From Eledone cirrhosa (lineage: Eukaryota), in contig OZ024743.1 of the NCBI GenBank assembly GCA_964016885.1, forward strand, positions 233,120,001-233,184,000: DNA of 64,000 nucleotides, written 5' to 3'. The notes beneath the pieces are model-generated. The model was not told the DNA's origin. It did not search any database and saw only the letters and a program-made list of their open reading frames with translations. Positions 55,949 to 64,000 of this stretch are shown here, piece after piece (the first letter of the stretch is position 1; each line of letters starts with the position of its first letter). The position numbers and the translations under genes are program-made.

Positions 55949-56309
55949 CTACAGAGAATAACATCATTTAACATCAAGTTACTATTAATAATTAGGCTTG
56001 GCTATCATTGTTATTAACGAGAGTCTAGTTAATCAGATACTCTCAGGTCTTGAATAATCGTCACCCCTAGCCCGCGCTTATTAATTTTCAGATTTTTTAA
56101 TAATAATCATTTAACATCCACTTGGGAGTATATTTAAGCAAGATGAAGATCTGACCCATCTGTGAGATTGGTGGCTCAGATTATGTACTGACTTGTATGG
56201 TGATGACCCTATATGTGTGCTTCCAATCAAGATATCAAACAATATACTAAGTAACTTATCAATCTCCCAATCAGCCAAGAACAAAAAGAAAAATACCCAA
56301 TCAACTCAC

Positions 56310-56416
56310 CTGCTTCCATCTATAGATGTAGATGATCTATTTAGTAAACTAGCTTCCCATTCATCTCTCACTCGTCGGGTTTCCTTTTTGATTGCCTGTA
56401 CAATATGGGAACACAC
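56310..56416 (-). CDS. MYCBP2: MYCBP2 exon
   Basis: VCSHIVQAIKKETRRVRDEWEASLLNRSSTSIDGS. Confidence 0.94.
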
Positions 56417-56546
56417 CTGGAAAAAGACACAGACAAGGGTCAGTTTTATTTTGTGTTTATATCTAATTCTTTCATTACCATAATTAAAATGAAATAAACT
56501 GTATTTGAATTAATTAATGAAGAGAGTGGCAGGATTTACTCTAGCT

Positions 56547-56764
56547 TTAACCCTTTAGTATTTACATTACTCTATATATATACTATTGTATTTTCGCAGT
56601 AATGGCTTTATCTCACATAATATCGAATCTATGAGATGTTGATATTATTTATTTTGAGAACAATACCTTAACATCAGTATGAGTGGCTAGTTACAGTCAG
56701 TTTGAAAAGAAAGAGGTGAGAGAATTCTGGCCAGATGCAGCTGGTTTAAATGCTAAAGTGTTAA
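56547..56764. mobile_element. piggyBac-like MITE (TTAA-flanked)
   Basis: TTAA-CCCTTTAGTATTT..AAATGCTAAAGTG-TTAA. Confidence 0.72.
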
Positions 56765-57039
56765 GGTGGTATGTGTAATATAATTTAACAAAAAGTTTCT
56801 TATGTCAAATTATGTCGCAAGATTTTGATTTAAAATGGGTTGTTTTGTTTCATAAAACTCGAGGTAGTTTTGGGTAGGTTGGTATCAAAAGGGTTAAATG
56901 ACATCACTCAGGGCTTGTTGATAAAGGGGCAATCAGTAAGAAGGAATTTGGTCCTTGTCCTTGATGCTGTGTTATGCAAGCTCCTTAATCAAGTATTCCT
57001 GATATATTTAATATAGTAACCAAAGTGCGTTGGCTGTAC

Positions 57040-57780
57040 TGGTGTGGTGCCTGTGTTGGTGTGGTGGTTGTTGTGGTGGTGTGGTTGTTGTGGTGGTGGT
57101 GTGGTTGTTGTGGTGGTGTAGTGGCTGTGGTGAAGTGGTGTTTGTAAAGGTGTGGTGGTGGTGCGGTTGTTGTGGTGGTGTAGTGGCTGTGGTGAAGTGG
57201 TGTTTGTAAAGGTGTGGTGGTGGTGCGGTTGTTGTGGTGGTGTAGTGGCTGTGGTGAAGTGGTGTTTGTAAAGGTGTGGTGGTGTGGTGGTTGTAATGGT
57301 TTGGTGACTGTAGTATTGTGATAGTTATGGTGTGTAGTTGTAGTGGTATCGTTGTTGTAGAAGTGTGGTGTTTTCAGTGGTGGGGTAGTTATAGTAGTGG
57401 TGTGGCTGTAGTAGTATGGTGGCTTAGTGGAGTGCTGTCTGTAGTGATGCAGTAGCTGTAGTGCTTTGGTGGTTGCAGTGGTGAGGTGGCTAGGTGATGC
57501 TGTGGTAGCTGTGGTGATGTTGTGGTAGCTGTGGTGACTGTGGTGATGTTGTGGTGACTGTGGTGATGTTGTGGTGACTGTGGTGATGTTGTGGTGGCTG
57601 TGGTGATGTTATGGTAGCTGTGGTGATAGTATGGTAGCTGTCGTGGTGAGGTGGCTGTGGTGATAAGGTGGCTGTGTTTGTGTGGTGACTATGGTGATAA
57701 GGTGGCTGTGTTTGTGTGGTGACTATGGTGATGAGGTGGCTGTGTTTGTGTGGTGACTATGGTGGTGTGGTGGCAATAGT
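57040..57780. repeat. GTG-rich low-complexity / minisatellite tract
   Basis: Includes ~61-bp x3 and shorter tandem units. Confidence 0.85.
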
Positions 57781-57942
57781 GATAATGATGATGATGATGC
57801 AATGAAAACAATAACAATAACGATATAAATGATACCAGTGACAGACACCAATGGTTAGTAATGCTGACAATGATTACAACAACAATGAATAAATATGGAA
57901 GAGTGGAGATTTAGTGGCTGTCATTTAGTGGCTATCACTCAC

Positions 57943-58113
57943 TTGTTTCTGGAGATGGGATAACTTGCTACCTCGGCTAAACAAGATTCCTAACATGTGT
58001 TCTTTCAGATCGTTGTCACGAGCTGTTCCAGACTCTCCTCCATCAACCTCACTAACTTTCTTCTCTTCCAGTTTGTCCTCGGTGCAATCATCCGTGATCA
58101 AACGGCCAAAAAC
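57943..58113 (-). CDS. MYCBP2: MYCBP2 exon
   Basis: VFGRLITDD..DLKEHMLGILFSRGSKLSHLQKQ. Confidence 0.95.
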
Positions 58114-58189
58114 CTGAAGAAAAAAGTGATACAATAATGAAAGCAGATCATGTAGTTAAAAAAAAAAATACAAAAAGGAGTGGTCAAGT

Positions 58190-58415
58190 TTAACCCTTTA
58201 GCATTTACATTACTCTATATTTCCTAATATATTTTCATGGTAAAGGATTTACCTCACATGATTATCTCACATAATATCAAATCTATGAGATTTTGATATT
58301 TATTTTGAAAACCATACCTTAACATCAGTATGAGTGGCCAGTTACAGCCAGTTTGAACAGAAAGAGGTGAGAGAATTCTGGCTGGATACGGCCGGTTTAA
58401 ATGGTAAAAGGTTAA
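58190..58415. mobile_element. piggyBac-like MITE (TTAA-flanked)
   Basis: TTAA-CCCTTTAGCATTT..AAATGGTAAAAGG-TTAA. Confidence 0.72.
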
Positions 58416-59373
58416 CACAGAGCAGCATGCCCACAAAGTCAGAAAACAGCACAGTTCCCATGACTTTCGGAAACATTTTTTCATGCTCAGAGTTGTTGAC
58501 TCATGGTATAAACTACCTGCATCAGTTGTTAGTTGTCGAAACACTGCATCCTTTAAAACCTCCATGCTTCCTGAGATTCACCAACACTACATCTAATATT
58601 CCCCTCCATACACATACACACATGTATATCATGACTCATACACTATTCACTTCCCTGACATTTGTATATTTTTCTATGTACTATACATGCACCTTTGACG
58701 AGTTGTAGTGCACCTGAACACTTTACACAATAATTTCATTATTATTATTATTAAAAGATATCCTCATCATCATTATTTAACATTTGCTTTTCCATACTAG
58801 CATGTGTTGGATGGGTAATTACAGTACTTAATCAGAGCTACTGGCCTCTTAGTTGAGCCAGGTGCCTGCATCTTGCTTACATACCTACATCTATAAAGTT
58901 ATTTAGTTATACATTATAAATGAAGTATTTAATATATAACTTTTTAATGGAAAATAAACACATAGCTGAAAGCATAACTGTATCAGGTAATGGCATGTAA
59001 CAAACTGTTTAGAGTGTTGGACTCACAATCATAAGGTCATTTTATTTAAATGAATTTTCTAATAGACACCCTACTACAATTACTCCCCTCCTAGATTGCT
59101 ATACAGTAAGAATAACAATCCAAAGAAAAATTGATACCCAGTAGCATGTGTATGTTATGCTTATAACAAAGTACTTGAAATTTTGAACTAGAATTTAAAC
59201 CCTCTAGCACTGCTTTTACAAACATCCAGCATCTGCAAACCCAAGGTTGTGATCCGCTGACATAGAGGCTTCTATGTGAGCTAACTTAAATACCAGTAAT
59301 ATTCTGAGTTAAGAAGAAGTGAAGGCCTGGATTCTTGTCCAGTGGTATATTAAGTCGATAACTGGATAATTAC

Positions 59374-59613
59374 CTGGGATGTTAATAAACGAAAGACTTT
59401 CAGTGTTTCTGCTTCACAGTTATCTTGCTGCATTTTCAATGGATTCTTCATGTTGTTGATGCGACAGTCACGACCCTCAATCTCACCCAACACTTTGACT
59501 TGTCGCAGTCGAAGGCTGTTGTCTGGTCCTTTCATCTCAAGCTTCATATAACGACATTTCTGATCCGGCAAATAACAATTCACCCAACCAACATGTCGTG
59601 CCTCAATTTCAAC
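59374..59613 (-). CDS. MYCBP2: MYCBP2 exon (end of DOC domain)
   Basis: VEIEARHVGWVNCYLPD..MKGPDNSLRLRQVKVLG..CEAETLKVFRLLTSQ. Confidence 0.95.
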
Positions 59614-59876
59614 CTGGAGACATAGAAGGTAAAATAAAGTTTTTTAAAGGATTTAAAGAGAGAGAGAGAGAGAGAGAGAAACACAAAGGGACAGACAGAG
59701 GAAGTAGGAATTGAAACACTGAATGTAATTGGTGAGAAAATATACTTCAATCTTAAGGCATCGGGATGTACTAGGCTAAAATTTACAATACCTTCCAATT
59801 GCATGCATGGTTAAAATATCTATAACTAATTGTGATGCCATAATTAAAACAAACACAAAGTGTAGCATTGATTTAC

Positions 59877-59942
59877 TTGTCGTATTTTGTTCATTTCCTC
59901 AGCTGATGGACCACAGAAGAACTGGATAAATGAGACTTTATT
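59877..59942 (-). CDS. MYCBP2: MYCBP2 exon (DOC domain)
   Basis: NKVSFIQFFCGPSAEEMNKIRQ. Confidence 0.9.
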
Positions 59943-61161
59943 CTGAAAATAAACACAATTTATATAATAAATATGATTTACATATAAACAGAATCTATAT
60001 AATGAATGATTTACATATAGATGGAGGCACATGGCTTAGTGGTTAGAGCATTGGCCTTGCAATCAAAAGGTTGTGAGTTCAATTCTCAGACTGGGTGATG
60101 TGTTGTTTCCTTGAGCAAGACACTTTATTTTACATTGCTCCAGTTTACTCAGTTGTAGAAACAAGATGATAGGGACTGAGGTCCCTATCATTCCACTGCA
60201 AAGTGGTCGTGGAGGTGCCACGGCAAAAAAGCACCCAGCCCACACTGTAAAGTGGACATGTAGGTGCCACGGAATAAAAGCACCCAGCACTCACTGTAAA
60301 TGAGGTTGGTGTTAGGTAGGGCATCCAGCTGTAGAAATCAAGCCAGAATCAGTTCTTGTCCCACCCTTGCAAGCAGGGAAAAGTGGATGTAAAATGATGA
60401 TATGATATATGATATCCAATTTATATAATGAATATGATTTACAAAAGAGATAAAGTAATAGAATTTAATCAGAAAATGTAAAGGAAAATGAAAAACATTG
60501 TGTGTGTTTTCATTTTGACACCACACTGTATACACACATATCGCTTCATATAGCCCTACATACATATACATACATACAGCTAGATCTCTGATGTCAATAT
60601 GTACAGTTACCAACCATGCAAGACACTATTGTATACACAAATAAACAAATTTACATTTTATGATGCCATTTTTCTATGCTTACATGTATTAGATAGATTT
60701 TCTCCAGGACATATGTGAGGTTCAGTATTTTGATAGTAACCCCTGCCACTTCTACCTAGGTCTTCCTCAACTGCAGCAGCTTTCCACCGGGATTGCTTAG
60801 CACTTCATCCAATAAGCATTATTCATATGCATCACATACACACCAATACAGTCATCTTTCTTGCACACTACATCTACTTCCTCTTTTACCCAGTTTGTCT
60901 CTCAGCTCACCAGTGCTTTGTCATTACATTACATTACATTCCCAGTGAACTAGGCTCACTTCATTTCTTTCAAGCCTTTGCATATCTTCTTACACTCACA
61001 CATGTTTCACTGCATTTCTCCCCTTTTTATCCGAGTCACTCAGACTATACATAAATATACATGCCGTTAGGTCACTGGGGTTATCTATGTACAGTTATCA
61101 ATCATGTATGACAGTACCATACACATGCACACACACAAACATATATATATATATATATATA

Positions 61162-62030
61162 CAGGGTGAGAACGATATTTGTTTGCAATTTTCAACTGCT
61201 AATTTTATGCAAATTTTTTTAATTTTTGTTGTCATTCTTGTCTTCATAAAAACAGTAACTATATTTCCATTATTTATTTTCAGAATAATTGATTATGAAT
61301 AATTTTGAACCTCCAAATTTGTGGAAGAGATACGCCGGGAGGACAAATAAGGAAATTTCAGACTTTCTCAGCGTCAGCAGGAGAATGGTGTCTCATCCAA
61401 AGACGTGCCCAGAGTCATGCAGACAAAGTTTCCAGCGACAACATTGATCTTAAGTGGCATCAGCAGTCAAGGTGACGTCATGCCACCTCACTTCTTCCCT
61501 GAGGGCCTCAAGCTGAACACCGATGGCTTCATCCGCGTTCTGAGCGAGGTAGTAAAGCCCTGGATCGACCAGGTAGCTGCAGGTAGGCTGTACGTGTGGC
61601 AGCAAGACTCAGCGCCCTGCCATACCAGCCGAAAGGCGCAAGCCTGGCTGTTAGAGAACTTCGTCGACCACACTTCACCTGACATCTGGCCTCCCAGCTC
61701 GCCTGACTGCAACCCCCTCGACTTCTTTGTGTGGGTTGCAGTGGAACGAGACACCAACAGATCTAGCTGCAATACGAAAGACGATCTGAAGGCCAGGATC
61801 ACAAGTGCCTTTAGGGGCCTAAGTCGGGGGACAGTGATGAAGGCCTGTAGCTGGTTCCGAGGCCACTTTGAGGCCATCATCAAAGCCAATGGCGGCTTTA
61901 TCGAGTGAGATCGAAAGAACAAGTCATGAAGACAAACTGACCCAAGTTTGATAAATATATCTTAAAATAAAACTACTGTGTTACTTTTTCCTAGACAGTA
62001 ATCTTGCGAACAAATATCGTCCCCACCCTG
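61162..62030 (+). mobile_element. Tc1/mariner-superfamily transposon, DD37D (maT) type, internally deleted
   Basis: 27-bp TIRs CAGGGTGAGAACGATATTTGTTTGCAA / TTGCGAACAAATATCGTCCCCACCCTG with TA flanks; ORF 61405-61908 has WQQD-x37-D (WPPSSPDCNPLD). Confidence 0.9.
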
Positions 62031-62898
62031 TATATATATATATATATACAACCCTACATATATACATAAACATGCACAGTGTTAAGTCTCTGGTGTACAC
62101 AATCTGTGCAGCTATCAATCATGTAGGACACTGCACAGTACACACACAATCTTATAGCTATACATATACACACGCAGCTAAATTTCTGGTGTTCTCAATA
62201 TGTGCAGCTATCAATCGTGCATGACACTGCGCTGTACACCCACACACTCAACCGTCATCATCATTGTTCAACGTGCATCTTCCACGCTATCATGGGTTAG
62301 ATGGGAATTGTCCCACTTGAGGCAAGATTGATCGGGTGACCGTGTCTCGCTCATATAGGACTGTATCTGGCAGCTTTTCTACAGCTAGATGCCCTTCCTA
62401 ACACCAACCACATTTACAGTGTGGACTAGAAGCCTTTTTACCGTGTCTCCAACACGACCACTTTACAGCATGGACCGAGTGCTTTTTTGTCGTGACACCT
62501 ACACAACCTCTTTAGACTGGACTGGATGTCCTGTGGTACCAACATAACTTTACAGAGAAAGGGGTGTGTTGGTGGGAGTTGGAGGATGGAGTAGGAGTAG
62601 TGGGATATATACATATAAACACTTAAAGTGGTGAAATTCTATGCTGTAAAGCATGGCGTCCGACTCTCTACCGATACTGCCAATCCACCACCCTAATAAT
62701 AATGAAATTATTGTGTACTGCTCAGGTGCACTACAACTCATCAAAGGTGCATGTATAGTACATAGAATAATGTACAAATGTCAGGAAAGTGAACAGTGTA
62801 TGAGACATGATATACATGTGTGTGTGTGTGTGTGTGTATGGAGGAGGAATATCAGGTATAGTGTTGGCGAATTTCAGGAAGCATGGAGATACACTTAC

Positions 62899-63032
62899 AG
62901 CTAAATCTCTGGTGTTGTCAATATGTGCAGCAATTAATCGTGCATGACATTGTGCTGTACACACAACATTAATAACTTTTGATTTATTGCGATCTTCATC
63001 TCCACTTTCCCAAAATGTTTCTGTTGAACAAT
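62899..63032 (-). CDS. MYCBP2: MYCBP2 exon (DOC domain)
   Basis: (D)CSTETFWESGDEDRNKSKVINVVCTAQCHARLIAAHIDNTRDLA. Confidence 0.95.
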
Positions 63033-63851
63033 CTGAAATAAAGAAAACACAGCCAGAGCTAGATTTTGTGGTAATGGTGGTGGTAGTGCTGATGGTTGTG
63101 ATGATGTTCACAACATTGTTCAGCTCTAGGTTAATTTTTTTAATCCTTCCAACAATTTTATATAAGAACATTTATGCGATGTTATAAATAGCACCTGATT
63201 AATGAAATAATAATCTTAGTAAATTCTTCTGAATTCTTCATTATTTAAAAGAAATATTAATTCTCCAACTATCAATCTGTTAATTCCTACCCGAATATCT
63301 GTTTCCATTAGACTTTCTATTGCTGATACTCTCTGCTAGTTCCAACCTTTGAATCAGATACTGCAAAGCATACTATCAGACTCTTAAACAATTCCACCAA
63401 TCCACTGTCCCTGAAGGACACTTCATTTGAATATCCAAATGACCTCAATATTTTCAGCACATATGTAACCAAATATTTATTTTTATCCACAGGCATTCCT
63501 CTGTTCAATACTTAAGTTCATTTTGGCTAATTGGATAAAGGACAAAAGAGGGAACATTGAGGTTTTCCATCATTGTAGACCAAGTAAATGAGGGTGTCTC
63601 TACCTGCTAGAAATGGCAGTTGCAAATTACCTACTACTCTTTAAAAAAGAAGCACTAAGTTACATACTGTAATACATTGTGAGTAGAAAAAAAAGGACAT
63701 GATAGTTATGGCTGGAAAACCTTTGGATCACAGATTTGCTGGGTCAAGGCCTACTTTGGGTTAATCAACAACAGTGTCACAAAGATATAAAAACCAATGT
63801 CCAGATATTTCTCTTAAAATCTAAAATTCAAAAAAGTTAAAGGTTACTCAC

Positions 63852-63942
63852 CTGTTAGACTAGCAATCATACTTTGTCGACTTGAAGCCCTGATGTCAGC
63901 TGAGGCAGTCAGATCTTTCCAGAGGCTTAGCATACTTGTTGA
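63852..63942 (-). CDS. MYCBP2: MYCBP2 exon (start of DOC domain)
   Basis: STSMLSLWKDLTASADIRASSRQSMIASLT; AG/GT boundaries, phase 1. Confidence 0.9.
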
Positions 63943-64000
63943 CTGATAAAGATAAAACACAACTAATTATTTACAGGGAAAAATGGGGTGGTAACAAACT

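Larger units (their letters stand above)
29974..63942 (-). other. MYCBP2: E3 ubiquitin ligase MYCBP2 (PAM/highwire/RPM-1) gene, 3' portion with 20 coding exons; gene continues beyond the right edge
   Basis: The spliced translation follows the MYCBP2 C-terminus as I recall it, from the DOC domain (STETFWESGDED) to ..[16 protein letters not shown]; all exon phases are compatible. Confidence 0.97.

Overview
Eukaryotic, AT-rich and repeat-dense DNA, most likely from an octopod cephalopod (inferred from the huge (TA/CA)n tracts and the SINE/LINE types; not verified). The right half carries the 3' 20 coding exons of a MYCBP2/PAM/highwire/RPM-1 E3 ligase gene on the minus strand (63942 down to the stop at 29974; DOC domain, B-box, RING and tandem-cysteine domain). 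All exon phases join in frame and one intron has a GC donor. Introns and the left half hold two Penelope-like elements (PLEs), two CR1/L2-group LINEs, RTE LINE pieces, a CsRn1/Kabuki-type Gypsy element, a DD37D (maT) transposon, piggyBac- and hAT-type MITEs and many SINEs. The most unusual signal is a set of short inserts embedded in (TA)n, from several unrelated families. They share minimal type I hammerhead ribozymes, an inverted 5' copy whose outer end lies about 13-23 nt upstream of a shared T(T/C/A)GAGTRC(T/C)T motif, and in some cases fold-back junctions on ribozyme stems. Also notable are one RTE LINE apparently split into two oppositely oriented halves on either side of a MYCBP2 exon, and four decayed intronic copies of the 3' end of one MYCBP2 exon. 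All calls were made by eye, without database searches or folding software.
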